Virus record (IMG/VR): IMGVR_UViG_3300029953_000013
From: a virus
Lineage: Duplodnaviria; Heunggongvirae; Uroviricota; Caudoviricetes
Reading direction: 5' to 3' (one strand)
Length of the DNA: 64,000 nt
Shown here: positions 26,957-35,199 of the stretch, piece after piece
Layout: each line of letters opens with the position of its first letter
How positions within the stretch are numbered: position 1 is the first letter of the stretch
Notes under the pieces: generated by a model
Seen by the model: only the letters and a program-made list of their open reading frames with translations
Told to the model about the DNA's origin: nothing
The model's database searches: none
Made by a program: the position numbers and the translations under genes

Positions 26957-27592
26957 CTAGACCGTCTTGAACGGGAGCAGGAGCGCCTTGACTTCATCCA
27001 TTGACACTGGCGTGTAGTTCCACACATCCATGCCCACATTGAGCATGTTGCCCTGCTGCTTCCATTCCTGGTGAACATGCCCATGAGCCAGAGGCATGTT
27101 GAAGAAAACTTCGCGGTTGGGGCGCAATCCTGGATAGCGTGCATCCGGCGTGATGGCATCACTGTAGGGAAAATGGTTGAGCAAAATACGCCAAGGCTTC
27201 CCTTCCCTGTCACCGGTTGTGACAATCACAGACAAGCCGTGAACCTCTTTGATTCCAGCGTCCAAGTAAACCTGCTTGAAGGTGTCAGCCTTGCGCTTGT
27301 CCCGAATCCCCGGATGGCAAAGATCATGGTTGCCAGGAACAAGATGAAGTTCCCCGTTCAATTCCTTGCAAATCCCAAGGCGCTTGGTCATGATCTCCAA
27401 TTCTTTTTTGAAATTGGGAGTATCGATTGCAAGATCACCAAGAATCCAAACCCTGTCATGCGGCTGCACAACAAAATTCCAACGCTCGATGATGCCCTCT
27501 TGCATCTCTTCCTTGGTCTTCCAAGGGCGGCTTGCCCACTGGATGATGGATGCATGATGATTGTGCAGGTCCGCAGTCAGGAAATCACTCAT
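26957..27592 (-). CDS. calcineurin-like metallophosphoesterase
   Basis: GDLAID and GNHD motifs. Confidence 0.65.
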   Translation of the reverse strand: MSDFLTADLHNHHASIIQWASRPWKTKEEMQEGIIERWNFVVQPHDRVWILGDLAIDTPNFKKELEIMTKRLGICKELNGELHLVPGNHDLCHPGIRDKRKADTFKQVYLDAGIKEVHGLSVIVTTGDREGKPWRILLNHFPYSDAITPDARYPGLRPNREVFFNMPLAHGHVHQEWKQQGNMLNVGMDVWNYTPVSMDEVKALLLPFKTV

Positions 27593-28106
27593 GGGGTGAA
27601 CTCACGATCTCCCAACCGTCCTTGGTGTAGTCATCCGGCTCGGCATCGGGGTCAAAGGGCAACCCAGCAGCCTTGGAGAGCAGGTAGCTCACACAAGTGG
27701 AGCAGATGAAGCGAGTTTCATTGTTGTGGGAGATGAATGGGCGGAATTTGTAGTCCGCACCCAGTAGCCGACCCATCAGATGGTTGATCAGGGCGTCCAC
27801 GATCTTTTCGTATGCGTAGGAGCTTCCCTTGATCTCCAGCGCAGACAGAAGAAGCTCCTGCTCATCCACATGGATGTCAGTGTTCTCCGCAACAACGAAG
27901 GTTCTTCCCGCCGTAGACACAGAGAGGTTCACCACGCGCAGCTTGAAGGACGTATCGATCTCCACAACCAGTGGATTCTCACCTTTCTGCATCACCAGGG
28001 CACAGTGGATGTACTTGTTCCCCTGAATAAGCCTGATTGCCGAATCCACCGGCTGAAAGCCTTTTGGACTTTCAAAAAGAAGGACATCACCTGGGAAATA
28101 AATCAT
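27585..28106 (-). CDS. putative permuted papain-fold (NlpC/P60- or YiiX-like) peptidase
   Basis: HCALV ... ICSTCVSYLL Cys/His arrangement. Confidence 0.4.
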   Translation of the reverse strand: MIYFPGDVLLFESPKGFQPVDSAIRLIQGNKYIHCALVMQKGENPLVVEIDTSFKLRVVNLSVSTAGRTFVVAENTDIHVDEQELLLSALEIKGSSYAYEKIVDALINHLMGRLLGADYKFRPFISHNNETRFICSTCVSYLLSKAAGLPFDPDAEPDDYTKDGWEIVSSPHE

Positions 28107-28378
28107 TCTTTCACCGGATTATTGGGGTCATACTCGTAAATCCAGCGCTCTTTGACCCAGGCAAGCAAGGATTCTTTGTTATCGAAGCAAATTAGCAGCA
28201 TCAGGTGGGTGTTATCCCAATGAACCGCTGTCACGCCTTCCTTCTTCACTTCAACCTGGAACTCAAGGCTTTTCATGGATTCGAGCCATGTTTGGATGCT
28301 GTGCTGGTTCGTGGCTACCTCAAATTGGTTGAATTGGAGTAGCAGGGTGGGATCTTGCTTATGAACCTTGAGATTCAC
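28103..28378 (-). CDS. hypothetical protein
   Basis: 91 aa. Confidence 0.45.
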   Translation of the reverse strand: MNLKVHKQDPTLLLQFNQFEVATNQHSIQTWLESMKSLEFQVEVKKEGVTAVHWDNTHLMLLICFDNKESLLAWVKERWIYEYDPNNPVKE

Positions 28379-29508
28379 ACAGCCTCCTTGGTTTTGAATA
28401 TGATTTCGGATGTTTTATCAATCAGGTCCAACGCATTGCGACTATTCTTTGCTACCAACCCTGCAAGAATGTAATTCGCACGGATGGCTCCCTTTTTCCG
28501 CATATCGAAGAGGATGCCTGAGAAGGGAAACTTGGTTGCTTGAAGTGCAAACTCCTTCTGGCTTTCTAGGTGGTTGATTCGATTCCAAACGACCGCAACG
28601 TACTCGCAAAGAAAGTGAACATCATCCTTGAGATAGCCGATTGAAACCTGGATATGCTTGGGGAGAAGATGAAACGCATCGTCAAGGTGTCCGCTGAAAA
28701 TCAACTCAAGCTGATTAAGGCGGGAAGCCCCTACCCTGTCGCGGCATTTGTTCGCAAGGCAATACGCTTCAGACTTTATCTTCAGCCGATGCCCCATCCA
28801 GTCCCGCACAACGAAGCCTTCCGCCTCGGACGGGTTGAGTCGATTAGCCGCCGCAATCAACTCATCCGGTGATGCGAATGGACCAACGGTGCTAACCTTT
28901 GGAAATCCCTGTGTCAAGTCCAGATTCACTTCTTCCAGGGTTTCAACGTTGCGTATGTTGATGAGGGTAAGGCTGCGCTCGGCATACGCCACGACTACTT
29001 GGTTCTCGGGGCTTGTCAGTTCAAAGTGGTAGGTGAAGCCAGGGTCCATCTTGGATGTGAATGTCCCAAACGTTTGCTGGTTGTCCCACATGGCTTTGAT
29101 AACCAAGTCACGGAAGGTCATTCCTGTGGCGTCAACGGGTCCAGAAGCATCGGGAACCCCACGAGTGGCAATCTGCCAGCCCAAGGAATCGTGATGCCAA
29201 AAGCTGATCAAACTTCCATCCAGTTTGGGGAAGGCTTTGAAGCTGCGCCAATCAAATTCCTGCCCTACCGACTGCCCAAGATTGAAGAAGCGCCGGAAAG
29301 GCAAGCACTTCAGCTTCCAGGTATTCAGTTCCAGAATCAGTCCACGACAATCCTGCACGATCTCTGAATTCTCAGGAGATTCAATTTGATCGTAATTGAG
29401 GCACACCACACCAAGCCGCTCATCGTGTTTCACTTTGATGGCATAGTCGAAGTAGAGGGTATCCAGCGTATTGCCGGGTTCGTTTAAATAGCGCTGCACA
29501 GCAAGCAT
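28375..29508 (-). CDS. ATP-dependent RNA ligase (T4 Rnl-like)
   Basis: FPKLDGS (KxDG motif I); 377 aa. Confidence 0.6.
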   Translation of the reverse strand: MLAVQRYLNEPGNTLDTLYFDYAIKVKHDERLGVVCLNYDQIESPENSEIVQDCRGLILELNTWKLKCLPFRRFFNLGQSVGQEFDWRSFKAFPKLDGSLISFWHHDSLGWQIATRGVPDASGPVDATGMTFRDLVIKAMWDNQQTFGTFTSKMDPGFTYHFELTSPENQVVVAYAERSLTLINIRNVETLEEVNLDLTQGFPKVSTVGPFASPDELIAAANRLNPSEAEGFVVRDWMGHRLKIKSEAYCLANKCRDRVGASRLNQLELIFSGHLDDAFHLLPKHIQVSIGYLKDDVHFLCEYVAVVWNRINHLESQKEFALQATKFPFSGILFDMRKKGAIRANYILAGLVAKNSRNALDLIDKTSEIIFKTKEAV

Positions 29509-29523
29509 GTTTTCTCCAATTTA

Positions 29524-29536
29524 GGTTGTTACCATC
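29524..29536 (-). promoter_or_regulatory. GATGGTAACAACC promoter-like motif
   Basis: about 17 nt upstream of the RNA ligase ATG. Confidence 0.35.
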
Positions 29537-30126
29537 TATACTTCTTGTGTTTTCTCTTGGTTGCGCATGTCTTCTAATTTCTTCTCGGCTGCCCATAAGG
29601 CATCGCCCCTGTAAGCTTTGATCCCAAGTTTCTTGGCTTCAGCATTAAATACTTTCCTTGCCGCCCTACAAACGGCTGCATCTGCTTTTATTTCTGCGGC
29701 AAGTTTCCTTGCAGCGACCTTAGCAGCCTTTTCAGCAGTTCTCTTTTTTGCAGCAAGTTCAGCAGCTATAACCCTTCTAGCGCTACGTTGCTTAAACAGC
29801 CGATCAGCGCTCCCAGTACTTAGCTTCCGAAGTATTTTCGGAGCATATACTTTTAGTAAAAGTTCCTGTGTATGGGGCAACACATCGATAACTGTTGCAT
29901 GTTTTGATAAATTGATATCCTTACGGCAAAGCACTAAATTAGACGCGCAATGTTCACCGCCACGAGACTTTGGAAGGTAATGGTCTACATGGGCGTCATC
30001 TGGTGAAATAGGAGTCCCTGTGTAAAAGCATCTACCACCGAATGCTTCGTAAATAGCTTCCCTATGTTTCTTAGACAGAGGATAAGGGAGCTGATCGTAG
30101 GCTGAATACTTGTTATTCTTTTTCAT
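29536..30126 (-). CDS. HNH homing endonuclease
   Basis: HVDHYLPKSRGGEHCASNLVLCRKDINLSKH. Confidence 0.65.
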   Translation of the reverse strand: MKKNNKYSAYDQLPYPLSKKHREAIYEAFGGRCFYTGTPISPDDAHVDHYLPKSRGGEHCASNLVLCRKDINLSKHATVIDVLPHTQELLLKVYAPKILRKLSTGSADRLFKQRSARRVIAAELAAKKRTAEKAAKVAARKLAAEIKADAAVCRAARKVFNAEAKKLGIKAYRGDALWAAEKKLEDMRNQEKTQEV

Positions 30127-30132
30127 ATTATT

Positions 30133-30142
30133 TGTTACCAAC
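30133..30142 (-). promoter_or_regulatory. GTTGGTAACA promoter-like motif
   Basis: immediately upstream of the HNH gene. Confidence 0.35.
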
Positions 30143-30310
30143 AAAGGAAGCCCCCAGGCGTGAACCTGAGGGCTTGTGGGAGGGCGAGGGCAGAGTTGCA
30201 CTGCCTTGCAGATGGGTTATCACGGTAGATCCTTGCCGCTTCCCCCAACCACTGAGTGTGCCTAGAACACGACTGCTCCCCCTACGGCGGAACCGCTCAC
30301 CCTTTGGTTA

Positions 30311-31159
30311 CTACTTCTTGGAAGGAAGCTGCATGAGCATCTGGTTGCCAGCGGGAACGATGATCATATTCCCGGAGTGAGCCAGTTCCTTGAAGGCTTC
30401 GATCCGCCGCGCTTCGAGAATGGCGGGGGTCAGTTCGGCGGTGCTGATGCGGTTGAAGTCAGCATCACCCTGCGCGATGATCCGCTTCTGATCGGCTTCC
30501 TGCTTGGACTTGGCGATCTGGTAGACCATGGCATCCGAATCCTGCTGGGCACGCATCTTCTTGTCGATGGACTCCTTCACGGAATCGGGCAGCTTGACAG
30601 CACGGAGAAGCACGTTCTGCGCAGTCACACCGTAGGGCGCAAGCTCCTTGGCAAGCTGAATCTGAGCAGCGTTCACGAAGGCAGTCTTCTTGGTGGAAAA
30701 CAGGTCAGTGGCGGTGTAGTTCGCGCCGTTGTCACGGAGGGCAGCGCGAATGTGAGGACGCACAACGTCTTCGTTGATGTCGCCGCCGATGTTCTGGACG
30801 ATCCAGGGAGCCTTGCCAGCCGCGATGTTGTACTGGACGCTGATGTCCAGCTTGACGGTCATGCCATCACTGGTGAGGACTTCCACGCTGTCATCACCCT
30901 GCTTCTGCCCCTCACTGGACACGGAAGACATGGTGTAGGTCAGGGTCCGGGTGTCCAGGGTAGGAACATCCGCGAAGGGGTTGAGGAAGTGCGCACCGGG
31001 TGCCAGGGTGTAGCCTTCGACCTTGCCGAAGAGCTTGGGCACGCCGACCTTGCCGGTATCGATGCCCTTGTAGGAAGTGATGAGCAGCAGCCCACCAACG
31101 ATGATGGCGGCAACGGTGCCGACGAGAGCGAGAGCAGCAGAACCACGCTGGTTATTCAT
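30311..31159 (-). CDS. SPFH/band 7 (prohibitin/HflK-like) membrane protein
   Basis: N-terminal TM helix followed by an SPFH core and a coiled coil; RBS AAGGAGTTTCACATG. Confidence 0.65.
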   Translation of the reverse strand: MNNQRGSAALALVGTVAAIIVGGLLLITSYKGIDTGKVGVPKLFGKVEGYTLAPGAHFLNPFADVPTLDTRTLTYTMSSVSSEGQKQGDDSVEVLTSDGMTVKLDISVQYNIAAGKAPWIVQNIGGDINEDVVRPHIRAALRDNGANYTATDLFSTKKTAFVNAAQIQLAKELAPYGVTAQNVLLRAVKLPDSVKESIDKKMRAQQDSDAMVYQIAKSKQEADQKRIIAQGDADFNRISTAELTPAILEARRIEAFKELAHSGNMIIVPAGNQMLMQLPSKK

Positions 31160-31212
31160 GTGAAACTCCTTGGATATTCGCTGATCGCAGCGAATTGGGT
31201 TGAAAAACACGG

Positions 31213-31647
31213 TTATTCGTCTTCTTTTTGGGTAATAATGTCGATCTTGACCTTGCTAACACCCTTCATGTCGATCTGCTGTGCGGCTGAATGGCTTAAA
31301 TCAAGGACTCTTCCATGAACAAAAGGTCCGCGATCCATGACTCTTACCACCACTGAAAGCCCGTTTTTTATGTTCGTAACGAGCAATAAGGTGCCGAAAG
31401 GGAGTGTTTTACTAGCTGCATAGAGGCAATTTCGGGTCAAAACGTATCCCGAAGCCATCTTTTTGCCCAAGAAACCGTCCTTTTTCGTGCCGTAAAAGCT
31501 TGCCTTACCGATTTTGAATGGTGTGATGATGCTGAAATCGGGTAAATCGCTTGCATCTTGACTGTGAACCATGCTTGGCGCGGTGAGCGCAATCAGCAGG
31601 AGAGCAATCTTCGATGCATTCTTTAAAAACTTCACAAACCGATTCAT
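31213..31647 (-). CDS. RlpA-like double-psi beta-barrel lytic transglycosylase with a signal peptide
   Basis: GKASFYG...GKKMASG...VVVRVMDRGPF; RBS AAAGGAGTTGCCATG. Confidence 0.6.
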   Translation of the reverse strand: MNRFVKFLKNASKIALLLIALTAPSMVHSQDASDLPDFSIITPFKIGKASFYGTKKDGFLGKKMASGYVLTRNCLYAASKTLPFGTLLLVTNIKNGLSVVVRVMDRGPFVHGRVLDLSHSAAQQIDMKGVSKVKIDIITQKEDE

Positions 31648-31668
31648 GGCAACTCCTTTCTATTAGGG

Positions 31669-31681
31669 AATTACCACCGCC
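31669..31681 (-). promoter_or_regulatory. GGCGGTGGTAATT promoter-like motif
   Basis: about 20 nt upstream of the RlpA-like gene. Confidence 0.4.
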
Positions 31682-31691
31682 CGGTTGGCGA

Positions 31692-31997
31692 TCATTCTCC
31701 TTCGGATTTCTTGGCAATCGTCAACTGCTTCTTTACTTCTTTTTTGATACCAGCAATGGCTTTTTCGAGCAGAGCCAGCTTGTGCAGCGTATTCAGGTGG
31801 TCATCCACGGAATAAATTGCGCCACAATCAATAGAGAGCGAAATAGTGCGGGTGCAGTCGGCAATGTCGAGCGTGCAGTAACCATCATTATCAACGGAAG
31901 CGAGGACGAAGGCGTGACTGTGATGCCCAGGCGTGTTGAGGAAGTCCCTCATGTAGAACCTGTAGCCATCAGGCATGACGTTAACTGTTTCACTCAT
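31692..31997 (-). CDS. hypothetical protein
   Basis: 101 aa. Confidence 0.45.
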   Translation of the reverse strand: MSETVNVMPDGYRFYMRDFLNTPGHHSHAFVLASVDNDGYCTLDIADCTRTISLSIDCGAIYSVDDHLNTLHKLALLEKAIAGIKKEVKKQLTIAKKSEGE

Positions 31998-32176
31998 CAG
32001 GAAAACCTTATGACATTCTCCACGACCATCCCGAAGATGAGCATGAAGAAAAATTCAAAGAACGCATAGCCGATGCACCAAGCGGATGCCGCCCACAAAG
32101 TAAACATCGTCAGTACTACAAACAGAGCCGATAGAACGATGACAAGAAGAACCTTTTGTTCACTGGATAGGCACAT
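31997..32176 (-). CDS. small membrane protein (holin-like?)
   Basis: two TM segments; start uncertain. Confidence 0.3.
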   Translation of the reverse strand: MCLSSEQKVLLVIVLSALFVVLTMFTLWAASAWCIGYAFFEFFFMLIFGMVVENVIRFS

Positions 32177-32342
32177 TTGTTCTTTCAAAACGCTTGGGGT
32201 CAGTGACCTTAGGAACATTCACATTGGGCGAGAACCATGATGGGGTTGCTCGTTCAAACCCTACCCCGATATAGCAGCACATGCGATGGTCTGAACACAT
32301 GTTGCCAATCATTTCCATGTTGCACTTGGGGCAGTAACGCAT
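32160..32342 (-). CDS. small zinc-ribbon protein
   Basis: CPKCN...CSDHRMCC; RBS AAGAGGATTTCATG. Confidence 0.45.
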   Translation of the reverse strand: MRYCPKCNMEMIGNMCSDHRMCCYIGVGFERATPSWFSPNVNVPKVTDPKRFERTNVPIQ

Positions 32343-32351
32343 GAAATCCTC

Positions 32352-32708
32352 TTATTGAATGGTGAACTTTGACGCCACCAGCGCTTCCCAAACCTTCTTG
32401 GGTTCGCTGTCTTCTCCATCGTTGTAATGGAAGTGCTGGAACATCCGTAATGCCTCCCAGGACGTTTCCTCTGGTGCCCACTGATCTTCCAGCCCGTAGC
32501 AGCTACAGTGCGAACCGTGGACCTCAAACAGCAGCCCATTAAGCATGAAGACCACAAAGGCAGAACCGGAATAGTCCTCATAATTGTAGTAGGCGAAAAG
32601 AACGTCATCCCAACTTACGGGGGTGAACTTGTAGATGCAGGGATTGGTGTCCCAAGACTTCAGCATCTCTTCAAGAGAAGTCCAGCTTGAGAAATTGTGC
32701 AGAGCCAT
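32352..32708 (-). CDS. hypothetical protein
   Basis: start refined to MALHNF with RBS AGGAGAGGTTATG; the longer ORF would overlap a tRNA. Confidence 0.45.
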   Translation of the reverse strand: MALHNFSSWTSLEEMLKSWDTNPCIYKFTPVSWDDVLFAYYNYEDYSGSAFVVFMLNGLLFEVHGSHCSCYGLEDQWAPEETSWEALRMFQHFHYNDGEDSEPKKVWEALVASKFTIQ

Positions 32709-32728
32709 AACCTCTCCTAGTGAATAAA

Positions 32729-32818
32729 TGGACCAAAGAACTGGATTTGAACCAGCGGCGCGCCTTTCGACATACGGGGGTTGCAATCCCGCCCCTTCGA
32801 CCACTCGGGCATCTTTGG
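32729..32818 (-). tRNA. 90-nt type II-like tRNA with a Ser/Tyr-like D-arm; anticodon ambiguous (GCA or UGC)
   Basis: acceptor CCAAAGA/TCTTTGG, D-arm CCC-GAGTGGTCGAA-GGG, T-arm GCTGG-TTCAAAT-CCAGT, TCCA end, anticodon loop region TTGCAAC, long variable arm. Confidence 0.45.
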
Positions 32819-32824
32819 AATGAA

Positions 32825-32901
32825 TGGAGCCGGTTCTGAGGATCGAACTCAGGACTTTGCCCTTACAAGGGGCGCCCTCTAGCCAACTGAGGTAAACCGG
32901 C
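32825..32901 (-). tRNA. tRNA-Thr (TGT)
   Basis: cloverleaf folded by hand: acceptor GCCGGTT/AACCGGC, anticodon loop CTTGTAA, T-arm CTGAG-TTCGATC-CTCAG, CCA encoded. Confidence 0.8.
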
Positions 32902-32908
32902 GGGGTGT

Positions 32909-33340
32909 TTAGAAGTCTTTCAGGCGACTCAAGCCGTTGCGCTCAAGAAGCCGCTGGATGGTGCCCCAACCCACGTAGGGGAAGCTTTCCTTGATGCCAT
33001 CGATAGACGCCCGGTGTTCCCGGCGCAGTTTCAGGATGGCTTCCTTGGTTTCCTCAGGGATCTCCCCGAACAAGCGCTTGGGAGGAAAGCCGATGCGGTG
33101 TGCGATGTGTCCCACGGTTTCTAAACCGCAACCAACAACATCGCTGATTTCACGATTGGAGAAACCGTTCACCCACATGTTAGCCACGATGTGGCGGCGG
33201 GACCGGTTGTGAGTATTCCCACTCTTGACCACGATGTGCCGAACCTGCTGGCGGGTGCATCCGGTTGCCAGTGCGATGAACGTAGCGTTACGTCCCAGCT
33301 TGGCGAGTGCGATGATCTGATCTTTCGTTTCCTGTTCCAT
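32909..33340 (-). CDS. putative DNA-binding protein with several HTH-like segments (transposase- or sigma-region-4-like)
   Basis: GRNATFIALATGCTRQQVRHI; GFSNREISDVVGCGLETVGHIAHR; RBS GGAGGTTCCAATG. Confidence 0.45.
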   Translation of the reverse strand: MEQETKDQIIALAKLGRNATFIALATGCTRQQVRHIVVKSGNTHNRSRRHIVANMWVNGFSNREISDVVGCGLETVGHIAHRIGFPPKRLFGEIPEETKEAILKLRREHRASIDGIKESFPYVGWGTIQRLLERNGLSRLKDF

Positions 33341-33355
33341 TGGAACCTCCATAAT

Positions 33356-33368
33356 GTTTGTTACCAAC
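33356..33368 (-). promoter_or_regulatory. GTTGGTAACAAAC promoter-like motif
   Basis: 4-16 nt upstream of the candidate starts. Confidence 0.35.
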
Positions 33369-33448
33369 ACTGAATTGCGCAAGATGACGTTAAAGGCTCG
33401 TTAGGGAACTTCCCGTAGGGACTGCCGCTGTTCTCCCTGCGCATGATA

Positions 33449-33532
33449 TGGTTTCCTGGGTGGGAGTCGAACCCACACGCCTTGCGGCGGCGGATTTTGA
33501 GTCCGCTGCGTCTGCCATTCCGCCACCAGGAA
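33449..33532 (-). tRNA. tRNA-Leu (CAA), type II
   Basis: acceptor TTCCTGG/CCAGGAA, anticodon loop CTCAAAA, variable arm CGCCGCAAGGCGT, T-arm GTGGG-TTCGACT-CCCAC, CCA encoded. Confidence 0.8.
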
Positions 33533-33545
33533 ATACTAGCTAGTC

Positions 33546-33695
33546 TTTCTTGTCATCCTTGGCACGAAGCGTGAAGGTTTCACGATCAATGCTGATGATG
33601 TTCTCAACGGGAACCCCGTCAAGCAGTTCGGTGAATTGGGCATCCGCCGTTTCGTCGGGCACTTCGATGATGATGGTGATTGCTTTCATTACTGC
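33546..33695 (-). CDS. 49-aa acidic peptide
   Basis: RBS CCAAGGAGCAGTAATG. Confidence 0.35.
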
Positions 33696-34102
33696 TCCTT
33701 GGTTGATTGAAGATAGTTGAGGTAATTGCTGTCTCTCAGGAATGCCGCCATTTCGGTGTCTTCACCCTTCATGTGGACAGAAAGCCAATCGAGAACGACT
33801 TGAAGAAGATCCACTGTCAGGTTGTCGCTTGTACGCAGAGCAACGAGGCGCTTCATGATTTCAAAGTGAATAGCCCGGTGCCGTTCATAACCGGGATACT
33901 CGGCTTCACGCATGTATTTCTCTTCGGTTTCAAAGTGCTTCTTGCCGAAGTTGATGAATAGGTCCAGGAGAAGGCTTGAAGCGACCTTGTTTTGTAGCTT
34001 TTCGGCTTCAAGAAGATTGTCCAGATGCCCAAGCCACTCCAAATGCTGGTGATCAATGATGCTTATGTGGGTGAACCATTCGGGTTGCCATGTGATGGTC
34101 AT
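33689..34102 (-). CDS. hemerythrin-like metal-binding protein
   Basis: H..HxxxE ... H...E pattern (HFETEEKYM, YERHRAIHFEIMKRL); RBS GAGGAACAAATG. Confidence 0.5.
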   Translation of the reverse strand: MTITWQPEWFTHISIIDHQHLEWLGHLDNLLEAEKLQNKVASSLLLDLFINFGKKHFETEEKYMREAEYPGYERHRAIHFEIMKRLVALRTSDNLTVDLLQVVLDWLSVHMKGEDTEMAAFLRDSNYLNYLQSTKEQ

Positions 34103-34118
34103 TTGTTCCTCTAAGAGA

Positions 34119-34205
34119 TGGTGTGGGTAACAGGACTCGAACCTGCACGGGCTTTCGCCCACAGCGACCTCAACGCTGCGCGTCTACCAATTCCGCCATA
34201 CCCAC
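34119..34205 (-). tRNA. tRNA-Leu (GAG), type II
   Basis: acceptor GTGGGTA/TACCCAC, anticodon loop TTGAGGT, variable arm TGGGCGAAAGCCCGT, CCA encoded. Confidence 0.8.
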
Positions 34206-34366
34206 TATGGTTTAAAGCAAATCCTTCGGTGCTGCCACGAAATTATCGTGGAAGGTTCGATATAAACACGAAATGCAGGGAACTTCATTGGCGGGCTTTC
34301 TTCCGTGCCAACATGACTCCTTTTTGCTGCACTTAGCTTTTGCTTTATCGTCGCTCACGTTCACTC

Positions 34367-34567
34367 CTATTCCGGCACCAATACGGTAAGCACCTTCGGT
34401 TCACCGATGATTCTCAGCGGCGTATTAGAACCCATTCGCCGGTAAGAGCGAACCTCTTCTACAGCTTCCTCTTTTGCCTTTTTGATCACTTCGCCTAGCG
34501 TGTGATTGTTTCCCCAACGCTCAACGTCAACTTCGACCGTCAATTGGACTCGGGCAACTGCATTCAT
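34367..34567 (-). CDS. small hypothetical protein
   Basis: RBS TAGGAGCATCCATG; the longer ORF would overlap tRNA-Pro. Confidence 0.4.
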   Translation of the reverse strand: MNAVARVQLTVEVDVERWGNNHTLGEVIKKAKEEAVEEVRSYRRMGSNTPLRIIGEPKVLTVLVPE

Positions 34568-34584
34568 GGATGCTCCTAGAAAAT

Positions 34585-34661
34585 TGGTCAGCGTGAGAGG
34601 AATTGAACCTCCGACCCTTCCGCCCCAAACGGGATGCGCTACCAGACTGCGCCACACGCTG
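34585..34661 (-). tRNA. tRNA-Pro (TGG)
   Basis: acceptor CAGCGTG/CACGCTG, anticodon loop TTTGGGG, T-arm GGAGG-TTCAATT-CCTCT, CCA encoded; one C.A mismatch in the anticodon stem. Confidence 0.7.
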
Positions 34662-34669
34662 TTATTTGT

Positions 34670-35107
34670 TCATACCACCAGAGAATGTTTGATTTCGCCC
34701 CGGAGATGCATAAGAAGCATTCCAAGCACGTTGGTCCCTACCCCGTCTACCTTGCCCCAGTAACGATCACCCCAATTGTTACCTTCAACCAGATAGGCAT
34801 TCTCGGTTGCTAAGAGCCATGCACGAAGGTCAAGGTTCTGATTAAACTTCGCCACTAGAACTCGGTACATGATGTCATCCTTGATCTGCTCCCAGTCCTC
34901 CCGCAAGCTCACAGACCTACCCATGCGCTTAGACTCGCTTGCATCAAGGTCCACGAAGAGAACGGCATCGTGAGGGTTCTTACATTTTTGGCTCTGGAAA
35001 GCAGCCTCGGCATTCTTGAATGTGTGCCCAAATACTGTGATGGGGCACGAGAAGAAATTACTCAGGAAGCGGTATTTCCCTGTGAATTCAAGGATTTCTG
35101 TGGTCAT
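34670..35107 (-). CDS. NADAR (YbiA-like) domain protein
   Basis: GKYRFLSNFFSCP...NAEAAFQSQK; RBS GGAGGAAACAATG. Confidence 0.6.
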   Translation of the reverse strand: MTTEILEFTGKYRFLSNFFSCPITVFGHTFKNAEAAFQSQKCKNPHDAVLFVDLDASESKRMGRSVSLREDWEQIKDDIMYRVLVAKFNQNLDLRAWLLATENAYLVEGNNWGDRYWGKVDGVGTNVLGMLLMHLRGEIKHSLVV

Positions 35108-35119
35108 TGTTTCCTCCAA

Positions 35120-35194
35120 TGATAGAGGGGGTGGGTTTTGCAGCCCACATCTACGTTCCATTCGGGAACTGCTCTCCTATTGAGCTACCCCTTC
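35120..35194 (-). tRNA. degenerate tRNA-like element (pseudo-tRNA?)
   Basis: GCTC-AATAGGA-GAGC D-arm and GTTCC/GGAAC stem are present, but the T-loop and acceptor pairing are non-canonical. Confidence 0.2.
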
Positions 35195-35199
35195 TTGTG

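Noticed and set aside
30377-31318. 313-aa plus-strand ORF
   Set aside because: Antisense to the SPFH gene; Gly/Asp/Val-rich mirror composition.
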